From positions 1 to 40,955 of the IMG/VR virus record IMGVR_UViG_3300030207_000712: a DNA stretch of 40,955 nt; one strand, written 5' to 3'. Shown in pieces: positions 26,701-36,520 of this stretch. Under the pieces are notes generated by a model. It saw only the letters and a list, made by a program, of their open reading frames with translations. It searched no databases and was not told the origin of the DNA. The number at the start of each line of letters is the position of its first letter. Position 1 is the stretch's first letter. The translations under genes and the position numbers were made by a program. Source of the stretch: a virus. Taxonomy: Duplodnaviria; Caudoviricetes.

Positions 26701-27489
26701 ACCGCCTGCGTGAATCCAGTCTTCAGGTGTAGGTGCTCTACCTTCCAGTAATGGAGCCGCAGTACCAAACTGACCAACCTCTACAATAGTTCTACCTAAT
26801 ACATTAACACCTTTGTCTGTTAAGAATGCGTTTGTACCTCCTGTCATACCACCTAATACAGCACCTTTAGCCCCAGCCTTTACTACTTTGCCCGGAGTTA
26901 TAGTACCATCTGATAGGTATTCATTCAATGCCTCGCCAGCACCTGAGTATAGACCTAATGCACCAGCACCAGTGCCAGACTTAACTGCGTAATCAAGTGC
27001 TTTGTTAGCTGTAGTAGCCGCAACCTTTCTGGACACATTATTATTTACTAGTTTCTTAAATACAAACTTCTTTAATGTTTGTTTACCAGCGGTTTTAGCT
27101 AATATACCTCCTAGACCACCACCTACTACAGTAGTAGCAAAGTCTAGTGGTGTGAAGAATGATGCTACACCAGCCGCTATATCTGCGATTATACCCGGAT
27201 GATAATCACCTAAGTCATATACTTGTTCCTTACCAGTAGCTATAGCCTCAGCCATACCTTGTAAAGACCTATTATACCCATCTTTCCATACAGTACCTAA
27301 CTGGTCTATTATACCACTCTCATCATTGGGGGTGTATTCTGACTGTTGAGATTCTAACTTATACTGAGGAAACTTTCTTGTTATAACCTTGTAAGCTAAC
27401 TCATCAGTCATATTATTGTATCTAGGGTCAACAGCTCTGAAGTCGTTAACGAGCTGTTCTACTGTCATATTTGGATTAAATTGTGGCAT
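23764..27489 (-). CDS. Large internal virion (DNA ejection) protein
   Basis: 1241 aa, helical, with Gly/Ala-rich hydrophobic segments and QFKSF motif; last gene of the tail operon, as for T7 gp16-like proteins. Confidence 0.7.
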   Translation of the reverse strand: MPQFNPNMTVEQLVNDFRAVDPRYNNMTDELAYKVITRKFPQYKLESQQSEYTPNDESGIIDQLGTVWKDGYNRSLQGMAEAIATGKEQVYDLGDYHPGIIADIAAGVASFFTPLDFATTVVGGGLGGILAKTAGKQTLKKFVFKKLVNNNVSRKVAATTANKALDYAVKSGTGAGALGLYSGAGEALNEYLSDGTITPGKVVKAGAKGAVLGGMTGGTNAFLTDKGVNVLGRTIVEVGQFGTAAPLLEGRAPTPEDWIHAGGMVLGIKGVNKAATKGFEQLSKMKKYVVEPEISKQPIPEGFDITAEARETGRRSYAQELYDNIYTDRQGNRQAKILSFDKDNVQLKFLDTNEVSLVSRDIFSTYYRKGENVNISPKELRVKRESEIRKLEKELGHSDKIKETNRGLQRADKSGEKLPKRLKDQTNDELVNLRDKLTVESYTKKALEDMQKNGIDMQKTRFSLFLDDMLPAPANKLLDVFRPARNRGSVSPVRRTYVAKVDKFVVDQRKTLSETFDLMSQFGLNAEKPTKTQVRNLARAMKMNESDVSKRYWELLSDAVEQGINTPETVAYRQISDFLFNRARESGVNVGYIENYIPRLLKQGLAEKVFADIYKISETISKQSAKKGEEMLVKDLKSDYIDLIIQAMNNPEAFAKSRGGEARFLNRIIKKAIPTLSKETREAYESILETVRKNEGIEELSPFKAMALMGRLTYGEVFKRDGNLEKARTYELPSKFYERDIRQLLGIYSSNVARRSAEVKNFGRKGEIYEQLLNGANVDDLPIMMELHNHVMGSIGYNRRYNLNPGIKDFMQKVMEWETSTKIALGTATAMNLSQFAISSALSAGYWRFTKGAYKYMTDKDFRKQVDASGGNLYKYINEMMGISQQSDISKSIVGRLTDISQFNRINSINNILAAATARVLVDDLVAISIGKRGIGLGRIGSKKWANNTLQKMGIDPAQIKDGQLPRSTVTNAIGRFAVKSQLQKDILSDPLVLNRPSAKPFLQFKSFGLRQYNFIIDTLKFDLAQGNFMPMLRLAAGGMATGALAIKAKELMKQLASGEKAYDPATFFEADAKEIVENIAAIGAFGFLGDFLMAGLEEGRSVTRALAFFASPPFMSDVSELFKFMGALERDYKNYQGDFIRRVPSRALRMTGSPLLKDFAKQLETKGLKQSRIEFLRGRRKSAILESIIKSETPEAYQQALEDMRNWNSTYPMYPILVTDIDYKAVIKRKMQKHKKKADV

Positions 27490-29051
27490 TATAAAGATTT
27501 AAGAAGTGAAAATTCTTCATTTGTAAAAAACTCTCTATATTTCAAAGGTCTTTCTTTTAGACTTGGGAACCTACGCCTATTATCCTCTATTCTTTTTAGG
27601 TTGTCATCGTAAAAAGATTTTGAACCTTTATCGTATATTTTTGAAAACATTTCTCTTAGTTCATCTCTTAGCTTTTCATTAGCTTTACGAATATTATTTT
27701 CAGTTGTTTTATTTGGTACACCTTGAGAAAGTATTTGAGAATTTCTATTAAACTTCTTCAAAAGTTTTCTAAAGTTTTTTATACCAACTTTAGCATCTTT
27801 AAGTTTTGCAGGTGGTTCCTGTAATGAGAAACCCTCACCTTGTTCCTGTCTTGGAAATAAATCTAAATCTTCAGGAGGTGGTGAGGTTTGTCTACTATCA
27901 GTATCCGCTTGAGTAAAACTCAATCCAGATATAATTGATTCAGGAATACCAAGAGACCTAGCATCTTCTAAATTTTTTATATCTCCAGAGTTAACAGCTT
28001 CTTGAGCACTGTTCATTGTATAAGTTATTGCATCTTCCTGCTCATCTCCTTGCCCAATAACAACATCCTTAACATCTTCTCCAGATGCATTTCTATTAGC
28101 CATATCTACAGCACTTTCAACTATATCTTCTTCATCTGAAAATAATACGTTATACATATCATCACTAGCAAAAGCACCTGCCATTTCTCCGGGTGTATAG
28201 TCAGGCATTAGAAAGTCTGGAAGTTCTGTAGATGTGCCAGATTTGTCTTTAAATGGGTCTTTATTAGAATCACCTCTTTGGGTACTGGAGGTCTGCAGTA
28301 TGGAGTCCAACTTCCCTTGTAGGTTGTCAATATTAACTATTACTTCTGCTAAAGCATCATCAGCTCCAACTACATTACTAGCCTTTTGAACTAATAAGTC
28401 TGCTTTTTGCTTTCTAAGAGATATTAGTTCAGGTGTTATTCTACTTATTTGAGCTCTTTCCTTAGGGCTTAAGTCACCTTTACTGAAATAAGCATCTGTA
28501 AAAACTTTATTGATTGACTTATCATCCCTAAATACATCTAAAGCTGTATCCAAAGTCATTGGTGATTCTGGATTTTGATTGTTGTATATATCTAGAGTAG
28601 AAGAGATTCTGTCAAATTGCTGTTTACCTCTTTTGACAAGAGACTCTGCATACTTTCTACTTCTTAAATTAACAGTAGGGTTTTCAATGCCTATTACTAA
28701 AGAATCTATATTCATATTAGCCGCTTGTCTAGGATTCATACCAGCAAATGCATCATCTATATTTTGCCTAGCTATAGCATATTCAGAATTTCTTTTATTA
28801 AATTCAAATCTTTCCTTTGCTATGTTCTCAGTTGCTATCGCCCTATCATTCCTAAACTTTTGTTGCGTTAGAGAATCTTGATACCTTCTTTCATTCTCAT
28901 CCATCTGCCTCTTAGATAGTTCTAATCTAGCGTCAGCACGCTCTTGTTCTCTAAGAGATAACTGATACTGAGGACTAGCGTACCTAGATAACTCTTTTAG
29001 GAATACATCTAGTCCGCTTTCTGGTTCTTGTAATACTATTCTTCTTGCCAT
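27489..29051 (-). CDS. Putative internal virion protein
   Basis: 520 aa coiled-coil protein in the ejection-gene position. Confidence 0.6.
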   Translation of the reverse strand: MARRIVLQEPESGLDVFLKELSRYASPQYQLSLREQERADARLELSKRQMDENERRYQDSLTQQKFRNDRAIATENIAKERFEFNKRNSEYAIARQNIDDAFAGMNPRQAANMNIDSLVIGIENPTVNLRSRKYAESLVKRGKQQFDRISSTLDIYNNQNPESPMTLDTALDVFRDDKSINKVFTDAYFSKGDLSPKERAQISRITPELISLRKQKADLLVQKASNVVGADDALAEVIVNIDNLQGKLDSILQTSSTQRGDSNKDPFKDKSGTSTELPDFLMPDYTPGEMAGAFASDDMYNVLFSDEEDIVESAVDMANRNASGEDVKDVVIGQGDEQEDAITYTMNSAQEAVNSGDIKNLEDARSLGIPESIISGLSFTQADTDSRQTSPPPEDLDLFPRQEQGEGFSLQEPPAKLKDAKVGIKNFRKLLKKFNRNSQILSQGVPNKTTENNIRKANEKLRDELREMFSKIYDKGSKSFYDDNLKRIEDNRRRFPSLKERPLKYREFFTNEEFSLLKSL

Positions 29052-29061
29052 TATATACCTC

Positions 29062-30591
29062 TTAAGTAAATTTTACCCCACCTTGAGTTTCTAGTTGAGT
29101 TAGATATTGTATTAATTCAGCCATTTGCCTATCTTGTTCTGAGGAAGCTATGTCAGTAGAGGCTCTATCTATTTCTGAATAAGCACCAGTTCTTGCAGTT
29201 TGTATGTCTTTTTCTCTACCTCCAAATTCTGCAAAGCCAGCTCCGTATTGCTGTACATTAGGCAATAAACCAGTAAATTCAGAACTATAACCTCTTATCA
29301 TATCCTGAATTTTTCCGGTTCCTACTGATGGGTCAAATCCAAAAAGCTCTGTTACTCTATTTAATATAGCCGCATCCTCTGGTCTACTTCCGTAAATATC
29401 AAAGCCCCTTTCTAGAAAGTCAACTGGTGTAGTGGAAGACTGTGAACCTGAACCTGACCCTGCCTCTGGGGATGAGAATCCGGAACTCCCACCTTGATAA
29501 TAGCTTTTACGCTTTTCAAACGATGGTATCTTGTTTTGCTCACGAGCTTTAAGTAACATCATTACTTGCTCCATAGTATCTTTAGGGTCTACCATATCAG
29601 CTTCACGCATAGACCTTAGTGTCTTTCTTTGCATTGGGCCAAAGGTATAATTATCCATTAAGGCGACTGTTGCTAGTAGGTCGTCTATATCACTAAACAT
29701 TTTTCTAGCTTTTCCTATTTCATTAACCACACCTACAGAGCCACCGTCTTCATACCCTTTCTTTTTCTTTTTCTTAGATATGCCTCCGTACATATAATTA
29801 TCCATCATGCCGCCATCTTTCATACCTTCAGACCTAGACATTTCCTCAATTAAATCTTTAACAGAGGAAGGAAGTTCTTCAATTTCTCTCTCCCCTCTTA
29901 TTTTTTCAAATATGTTTTTTAATGGTGAAAATCCTCCGTAATATACGGTAGGTTGCATTCTTAAAACACCATCTTCACCCCTAGTAAATAACATTTCTTT
30001 ACCAGTTTTTGGCCCAGTAGCCTCTCCATAATCAATCCTTTCATAATATTCAGGGTTGTAATCTTGGTCTCCTTTAAAACCTAATGAACGAGAAAGAGAT
30101 TGTTGCTTACCACCCATACTGTCTTGATAATCTTTAATTATTGACATTACAGTTCCAATATTATTCATATCAGCTTCTGTCATTCTGTGTATTGGGTGAC
30201 GTGGGTCAGACCTTGATATATACTCCCCGGGAAGAATTTTACCACCCTCGTTCATATACCCCATACGATTCCTAACTTCTTGCGGTAGCTTCATTAAACC
30301 TTTATTACCTTCAGGTGCTTTCTTCAATACTTTACCACCTTTATTCATCATAGCTGAGTCTCTAGTCATATCAACACCTCTTTGATTTGCTAAGGTGTTT
30401 AAGGCTAGTAGTTCATCTATAGCTGAGTGACCGTGTTCTCCCTGAGGAACAAGGCCTCCACCCATATATCCTAATCTATCTGCATTGTTTATCATATCCA
30501 TAGTATCTTTTCCTAATTTATCTACCGCTTCTTTTCTAACTACATATTCTCCTGACTGTAGCATTGCTGGTATATTATCTGACTGAGCCAT
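29062..30591 (-). CDS. Putative internal virion protein with repeated [YM]xxGG motifs
   Basis: N-terminal DNIPAMLQSGEYVVRKEAVDKLG motif familiar from tape-measure and internal proteins; seven [YM]xxGG copies. Confidence 0.65.
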   Translation of the reverse strand: MAQSDNIPAMLQSGEYVVRKEAVDKLGKDTMDMINNADRLGYMGGGLVPQGEHGHSAIDELLALNTLANQRGVDMTRDSAMMNKGGKVLKKAPEGNKGLMKLPQEVRNRMGYMNEGGKILPGEYISRSDPRHPIHRMTEADMNNIGTVMSIIKDYQDSMGGKQQSLSRSLGFKGDQDYNPEYYERIDYGEATGPKTGKEMLFTRGEDGVLRMQPTVYYGGFSPLKNIFEKIRGEREIEELPSSVKDLIEEMSRSEGMKDGGMMDNYMYGGISKKKKKKGYEDGGSVGVVNEIGKARKMFSDIDDLLATVALMDNYTFGPMQRKTLRSMREADMVDPKDTMEQVMMLLKAREQNKIPSFEKRKSYYQGGSSGFSSPEAGSGSGSQSSTTPVDFLERGFDIYGSRPEDAAILNRVTELFGFDPSVGTGKIQDMIRGYSSEFTGLLPNVQQYGAGFAEFGGREKDIQTARTGAYSEIDRASTDIASSEQDRQMAELIQYLTQLETQGGVKFT

Positions 30592-31700
30592 TAAAACACC
30601 CTCCTTCCTGTTTTCATAGGATTAAATAACCCACCGCCTGCATAGCCTGACATAAGCCTTTGTCTCATTTGTAAGAAGTCTGCAACAGTTGGTTTAGGAC
30701 TTAGATAGTTTATTAAGTCTTGCATCTGATTAGATGTTTGCATAGCTTGAGATTGTGCTGTTTGAGACATATCTAAAGCTCTATTAAGAGAACCTGTTTC
30801 AGTAGCTCTTGACAAAGAACTTATGTAATCAATTTCTGACTTACTAGGCAAACTAGAAACATCTGGTAGTCCCTGTGCACTCAGCTCCCCAGACCTAATC
30901 ATATCACCCATAAATGATGGAACTTCAACATCTCCTAACATCTCAGCATCTGCACTTGGTGGTAAGCTCATTTGTCTAGAGTACTCATATAGATTCTTAT
31001 CGCCTAATTCATTAGCCCTATCTAAACTTGATAGGTAATCTATATCTGACTGGGTAGTCAATCCAGAAGTATCTGGTAAGGAAGTATCAAAATCCGAAAC
31101 ATTAACATCTCCATACATTCCAGATGTCTCGTCAAAAACTGCACCAGTATCAGCGGTTACAGGGTCTGAATATCTAGATGCACGTAATTTTCCTAACGCA
31201 CCTTTAGCTTTATACTTACCAGCTTCTGCTAACTCTTTAAGTCCCCCAGATAAAGCAAAATCGGTTAATGCGGTACCTGCGGCTTGACCTAATGCCCTAC
31301 CTCCAATACCTTCACCTAAACTTTTTTGGTAATCTTTTAAAGTGTCAAAGTCTTTTGCAAAAAATCCTGTACTACTTGACAAAACATCTTCAGAACCTAC
31401 ACCACCAAGAGTCTCACCTAAACCTCTTCCTAGTCCAGCACCAGCACCTTTAATTAATGCCCCCCCAACAAGGCCCACTGGCCCAAGTACCGCTGTTGCA
31501 AGAGCCGGGAGTGCAACACTACCAAGAAAGCTACCTACAGAACCAAGCAAACCTCTCCTCTTGCCTTCCTTTATAGCTTTTCTTTTTTGTTCCTCTAGCT
31601 CCTCTACACCTTGCTTTATCCCTTTGCCAAGAAATGCTTGGCCTAAGGCTCTTCTTGTAGCTCCACCTTCTTGATATTGTCTTATAGTATTATACTGCAT
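30591..31700 (-). CDS. Putative pilot/ejection protein
   Basis: Gly-rich hydrophobic N-terminal region; internal repeat S(D/E)IDY(L/I)SSL.RA.E.G x2. Confidence 0.6.
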   Translation of the reverse strand: MQYNTIRQYQEGGATRRALGQAFLGKGIKQGVEELEEQKRKAIKEGKRRGLLGSVGSFLGSVALPALATAVLGPVGLVGGALIKGAGAGLGRGLGETLGGVGSEDVLSSSTGFFAKDFDTLKDYQKSLGEGIGGRALGQAAGTALTDFALSGGLKELAEAGKYKAKGALGKLRASRYSDPVTADTGAVFDETSGMYGDVNVSDFDTSLPDTSGLTTQSDIDYLSSLDRANELGDKNLYEYSRQMSLPPSADAEMLGDVEVPSFMGDMIRSGELSAQGLPDVSSLPSKSEIDYISSLSRATETGSLNRALDMSQTAQSQAMQTSNQMQDLINYLSPKPTVADFLQMRQRLMSGYAGGGLFNPMKTGRRVF

Positions 31701-31704
31701 ATCT

Positions 31705-32316
31705 CTACCTATTTAATGTATTATATTGCCAAACACATACAGCTCTTAAATGAGTTGGGTCACTAGCACATTGAACACTAATAGATATTAGGTTTCCTTT
31801 GTCAAAACTATTTAAGTCAGAGAATATATACTCTAACGTAGTAGTTGCTGACAGTGACTGTGTTATTGTTTTTTGTGCTGTAGTGTTAGAATTTATATGT
31901 AAGCCAACTGCTGTGTTCCCACCAGATGCATTACCATATAATAAAATCTTTTTAAGTACACCATTATATGGTGCTATCCAAGTTGTTGTATGGTCTATTG
32001 ATGTATTCTTTGCCTTGCCATTCACGCCTAAATAGACCTTATCTGTTCCCGGACTCTCAACATTGTGATTAGTGTACTCTAATTCATTACCTCTTATCTC
32101 TCCAGATACTTGTAGATTTCTGTCTACATACTGATTGCCATCCGATGTCATAAATGATTTAAATACTAAACCTTTGTGCTTTCTAAGTACTGCTAATCTA
32201 CCGCCCTCTAAAGATACAGATACACCACCCTCTTGCAAAGAAGATGCTGGACTACTATTACTAAATGTTTGAGGTTGCTCAGTAAAATTAATTAATCTTC
32301 TTATATCTCTAGACAT
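31705..32316 (-). CDS. Virion tail-associated protein
   Basis: 203 aa; C-terminal beta-sandwich-like region (APYNGVLKKI...FDKGNLISI). Confidence 0.55.
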   Translation of the reverse strand: MSRDIRRLINFTEQPQTFSNSSPASSLQEGGVSVSLEGGRLAVLRKHKGLVFKSFMTSDGNQYVDRNLQVSGEIRGNELEYTNHNVESPGTDKVYLGVNGKAKNTSIDHTTTWIAPYNGVLKKILLYGNASGGNTAVGLHINSNTTAQKTITQSLSATTTLEYIFSDLNSFDKGNLISISVQCASDPTHLRAVCVWQYNTLNR

Positions 32317-35300
32317 TAAAATACCCTGTTTTGTAGTACTCTATACTCTACTTGTATATCATTTATATGTAGCTTAGATGCATTAGTAAGCGATGTTTCT
32401 ATTTTAAAAGCCATACTCTGACATCTAACCCCTCTAGTATCCTCTAATTCAAAGACAGCAACTCCATAAGATTCTCTAGAGCTAGTAGGCCTAACTATTA
32501 TATCGTCTATACTACCTACAAAATCATTACTACACGATATCATAAGATAGCCATCACTGCTTGGTGAAAAAGATTCTGAGTGAGTACCATTAGCTGTCCT
32601 AGCTGTACCAGCTACGCCACCTACATTTAGCTTTACATTACCTGCAGAATAATCAGAAACTGTAAACTTAGTATTATAGGTTAAACCACCATCTATTATC
32701 TCTTTATTTGTTAAAACTATAGAAGGAGAACCAGTTGCTGTAAACTTAGCTTTTCTACCACCAGAACCATCAGATACAAAAGTCCAATCAGTTATTTCAT
32801 TACTACTAGAGTCATTGAATATATCATTCCAACCTAACCAATACCTATCGAAGTTTCCATTTCTAAGAACGTTCTCAGAGTTTTCCATACTTCCAGATGT
32901 TACATTCTTCCAACTACCTCTTTGATTAGCTCTGTAATACACATTAGATTTAGTAATAGGTTCATTATATGCTATTCCATTATCCGAATGTGTGTACTTG
33001 TAATGAACATATATTTTGTAAACTTTCTTAGTTCTGTGCGGTTCTGCAAAACTCAAGTCAGGAGTTTCTAGCTTGTATATTTTATGAGTTCCTTCACCTT
33101 CATTCCAAGGTGTAAAGTGTACTTTATTAGCACCTGCACCACCTAAATCTGTTGAATCAACATCGTAACCTACAATAAGTTTACCTTCTGAATCATTAAC
33201 GAAGTTTGTTAGAGATGGTTTAAAAGAGCTAGTTTGATTAGGATGGATATCTTCACTAAGAACAAAAGAATCATTTCTTATGTCGTATATATAAGCATCC
33301 CCATAAGATGAACTACCTCCATCAACTCTAGGAACTATAATAACTTGGTCTGTGTCTCCAATATACCCAAGTGACATTTTATCCGATGCTGAAAAAGTCT
33401 TCCATTCTGAATCTTTTATTTTACCATCTGTAACTTTTTTAACTGATGAGCCATCGTATCTATAAACACCACTTTTATTTGCCCATATAACACCACCTCT
33501 ACCTTTGCATACTGAGTAAGGTTTAGTAACTCCACCTTCTTGTATTGTAGTTTCTAAGAACCAATTAGAAGGAGAGGGAGATGACACATTTAGTATCTGT
33601 AATGTTCTTTGTTTATACGCTAGTAATCTATCAGCATATGACTCTAGCCTTACATAATCTTCTCCATCGCCCTTTACAACATCTATAAAATTAAAATTAG
33701 GAAACAAGTCATACTTACCTACTTCGCTAAACATTATCCTATCGCCATAGTGCTGAAAATCTGTATTATCATCAGAGCTACTAGTAGCGTTATCATCGTA
33801 TAATACATTAGCTACAAAAGTTCTTCTATTAGCTACTACCGCTGTTTTATATCCTGAACCTATCTTACCAAATGCAATCTGTTTTGTATCATTAGGAGAG
33901 TAACCATTTAGACTTTCGTAGGTATCTATATTAGGCCTTTGTGCAAAAAGATGCCAGTAGGCAGACCCCCTATGACCTGTTGTTGTATCTGTAGTTACTC
34001 TAAACTGCCCTAAAAGAACTCCTCCAGTATCATCTTCAATCCAACCTTTGTACTCATCAACTAATGAAGCTCTTACACCTCTTCTTATATCTATATCTGC
34101 AAATAAAACCCAAGGGTCTCTAGAGTCAGCTTCTCTAAAATATATTCTACCGCCAGTTATTCTCCTGTCATACCTACTTGTTCTATCATCTCTTGCAAAT
34201 ACATTAAATTTTAATTTTTTAAAACCTTCTAATGTTTTTGTATTTGTATTGTCTTTTGTAATTAATGATTCTTGATTACCATCATATATAAATGTTCCAC
34301 AAAACTCATAATCACCGGGACTAAACTCACCTTCTTCATCTGTCTCTATTACCGCTATATTCCAACCAGCTCCAGACGCTGGGAACTCAGCACTACCATC
34401 CATACTTGATGTGCTTATTTTATTAACACTAGTTGGCGGTGCTAAGTCGTTACTTTCTTCATAAAATCCGGGAGTTATTGTTCTCCAAACATTTTCAGTA
34501 CTTGTTCCTATATTGTACTGAAACTGATTTCTATCTATAAAACCATACCACTTAGGAGTAGATTCGTTTCTAAAATTAGCGTCTGCAACCCTAAGAGATG
34601 AGTCTATGTAGTAAAATACATACTCTGGCTTTTCGCCTGAGTCCAATGTGTTAACAACCGTAACCTTGTCAGCCGCCCAAGCATCAGAGCTATCTGAATA
34701 TATATCTACTTTACTATCATCTATATTCCCTAGTGCTAATAACTGGTCTCCTACAAGACCTATTCTTTGTATAGTAACACTAGTACTTGCCGCAACATTT
34801 TCATCTGTAAGGTCTTCTGAAACTTTTATTGCCGCATTTTGTAAATCTCCACTAACATTCCAAGTTGACCCCTGTATTGTAAAACCTTCTGGGTCAGTTT
34901 CTACACCTGTAAGTCCCGTTACGGTAAATGTACCGTTGTTATTTGAAGTACCACTTATTTTTATTTTAACTGGAAAGCTTGTTGTTGAAGATAATATATT
35001 ATTCTCAGTCCAAAAATCATTATTGTTTATATATATAACATCATTTGCCGCATTAAATACTATGTTTGAGCCAGCATTTGTGGTAGATGATACAGCACCC
35101 GAGGCAGTAAATGTAACACCTCTAAGACCAATAGCCTCATCAGCTTCAAAGTAATACAATCCATATCCGGGATTTATTGATGCGGTGTGTGCATCTACGC
35201 CATTTGAACCTAGTCTTAGAGAACTTCCATTTGTTTGTTCATTAAAATAACTCCTAGGTCTTAACTCACCTCTATTGGATGTGTCAAAGTTAACTATATT

Positions 35301-35390
35301 AGGAGACTCTCCTATTGCTAAGTCCCTAGGGTTCTTAACCGTGTTTATACCTCTACCAAAGTCGTTTATATTAATACTAGCCTTAGGCAT
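32316..35390 (-). CDS. Tail nozzle / head-closure (stabilisation) protein
   Basis: 1024 aa; N-terminal INDFGRGIN...NF, beta-propeller-like repeats, LETPDLSF...KKVYKIYV; podovirus gene order. Confidence 0.7.
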   Translation of the reverse strand: MPKASININDFGRGINTVKNPRDLAIGESPNIVNFDTSNRGELRPRSYFNEQTNGSSLRLGSNGVDAHTASINPGYGLYYFEADEAIGLRGVTFTASGAVSSTTNAGSNIVFNAANDVIYINNNDFWTENNILSSTTSFPVKIKISGTSNNNGTFTVTGLTGVETDPEGFTIQGSTWNVSGDLQNAAIKVSEDLTDENVAASTSVTIQRIGLVGDQLLALGNIDDSKVDIYSDSSDAWAADKVTVVNTLDSGEKPEYVFYYIDSSLRVADANFRNESTPKWYGFIDRNQFQYNIGTSTENVWRTITPGFYEESNDLAPPTSVNKISTSSMDGSAEFPASGAGWNIAVIETDEEGEFSPGDYEFCGTFIYDGNQESLITKDNTNTKTLEGFKKLKFNVFARDDRTSRYDRRITGGRIYFREADSRDPWVLFADIDIRRGVRASLVDEYKGWIEDDTGGVLLGQFRVTTDTTTGHRGSAYWHLFAQRPNIDTYESLNGYSPNDTKQIAFGKIGSGYKTAVVANRRTFVANVLYDDNATSSSDDNTDFQHYGDRIMFSEVGKYDLFPNFNFIDVVKGDGEDYVRLESYADRLLAYKQRTLQILNVSSPSPSNWFLETTIQEGGVTKPYSVCKGRGGVIWANKSGVYRYDGSSVKKVTDGKIKDSEWKTFSASDKMSLGYIGDTDQVIIVPRVDGGSSSYGDAYIYDIRNDSFVLSEDIHPNQTSSFKPSLTNFVNDSEGKLIVGYDVDSTDLGGAGANKVHFTPWNEGEGTHKIYKLETPDLSFAEPHRTKKVYKIYVHYKYTHSDNGIAYNEPITKSNVYYRANQRGSWKNVTSGSMENSENVLRNGNFDRYWLGWNDIFNDSSSNEITDWTFVSDGSGGRKAKFTATGSPSIVLTNKEIIDGGLTYNTKFTVSDYSAGNVKLNVGGVAGTARTANGTHSESFSPSSDGYLMISCSNDFVGSIDDIIVRPTSSRESYGVAVFELEDTRGVRCQSMAFKIETSLTNASKLHINDIQVEYRVLQNRVF

Positions 35391-35770
35391 TAATCAAGTA
35401 TCTCCACGTGTACTAGGTCATCAAATCCATTATCTTTTACATCACCATCAGAATCCCAGTCGCCACCCCATCTTACCTTAAGTCCAAGCTTATGTGCTAT
35501 ACCACGTATCATTCCACCCATATAGTGAAAGCCATCTCTATTGTTCCAGTCTATCGGATAGGGGGCTAAGTCTACCGCCTTTCCATCCATATGCTTGGAA
35601 TATCTTACTTTCGTTGCCCCCTTAGCCAATAGCTCCTTCTGTCTTTCTTCACTACGCAATCCTTCTATTATAGTTACATCCATAATTTTTATAAGTTCAT
35701 TAAGAACGTTGACTAATCTAGCGTCTACACCTTTTAATCTCTGTTTACTTCTTTTTCCAAATCTAGGCAT
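35390..35770 (-). CDS. Endolysin, M15 family L-Ala-D-Glu peptidase
   Basis: EGLRS..RQ, SKHMDGKAVD, RWGGDW and DLVHVE motifs. Confidence 0.93.
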   Translation of the reverse strand: MPRFGKRSKQRLKGVDARLVNVLNELIKIMDVTIIEGLRSEERQKELLAKGATKVRYSKHMDGKAVDLAPYPIDWNNRDGFHYMGGMIRGIAHKLGLKVRWGGDWDSDGDVKDNGFDDLVHVEILD

Positions 35771-36143
35771 TACGAACCTTCCTTGCTATTGATTTACTAT
35801 ATTTAGCCTTCCTTCTTCCTGAAGCAGAGGCTTTTCTTTTTGCTCTATTTGTAGAACTTTTCTGACCGGGACTGAGACTTTTCCTAACTGACTCAGGTAA
35901 GTAACGCCCTCTTTTTCTTTTTGGTTTTTTCTTATCTCCCTTACTGACATAATCCCACTTTTGCTTTGACCACTTTGAAAGTTTATTACCAGAACTTTTC
36001 TTTCCAGAATATCTTCCACCAGCTTGCTTATAGTACTTAACTGCAAGTTGCATAGCTCTAGCTGAGTGTCCACCCATCTTAGCTCTAGCCCTTGCTTTCG
36101 CCCTAGCCCATTTTTTTGGGTCTTTTTTCTTAGCTGTAGCCAT
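35763..36143 (-). CDS. Highly basic protein (DUF5872-like)
   Basis: SARAMQL...YKQAGGRY, LSKWSKQKW and GRYLP motifs. Confidence 0.75.
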   Translation of the reverse strand: MATAKKKDPKKWARAKARARAKMGGHSARAMQLAVKYYKQAGGRYSGKKSSGNKLSKWSKQKWDYVSKGDKKKPKRKRGRYLPESVRKSLSPGQKSSTNRAKRKASASGRRKAKYSKSIARKVRNA

Positions 36144-36265
36144 TACTTTTTTATTTTTTTAATTTTACCATTTTTTGTTCTGGCATATTTATGAGTCTTA
36201 GTTTCTCTTATCAATGTTCCAGAATAAGTTTTGCCACCCCATTTCCAACTAACTTTCCTAGCCAT
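36143..36265 (-). CDS. Basic microprotein (40 aa, not in track)
   Basis: MARKVSWKWGGKTYSGTLIRETKTHKYARTKNGKIKKIKK; TAATG overlaps on both sides. Confidence 0.7.
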   Translation of the reverse strand: MARKVSWKWGGKTYSGTLIRETKTHKYARTKNGKIKKIKK

Positions 36266-36348
36266 TACTTCTTCTTCTTTTTTCCCATCTTCTTCTTTTT
36301 CTTCTTCATCATTTTTTTACCACCATATGGTGACTTACTATGTTTCAT
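36265..36348 (-). CDS. Lys-rich microprotein (27 aa, not in track)
   Basis: MKHSKSPYGGKKMMKKKKKKMGKKKKK; AAGGGA SD; stop overlaps the next ATG. Confidence 0.65.
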   Translation of the reverse strand: MKHSKSPYGGKKMMKKKKKKMGKKKKK

Positions 36349-36349
36349 A

Positions 36350-36520
36350 TTATTTTCCCTTCTTTTTTGATTTAGAGTGAATCATTTGAACCTTGAAGTT
36401 AGCCATCAAACTAGAACCTTTATGAGCTTTATAACCACCTCTCGGGTTTTTCATTAGTTTATAACCAGCACCGGACTTCATCCAATGATATCCATTAGGA
36501 GCTTTTACTTTTTTATTCAT
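36350..36520 (-). CDS. Basic microprotein (56 aa, not in track)
   Basis: MNKKVKAPNGYHWMKSGAGYKLMKNPRGGYKAHKGSSLMANFKVQMIHSKSKKKGK. Confidence 0.7.
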   Translation of the reverse strand: MNKKVKAPNGYHWMKSGAGYKLMKNPRGGYKAHKGSSLMANFKVQMIHSKSKKKGK

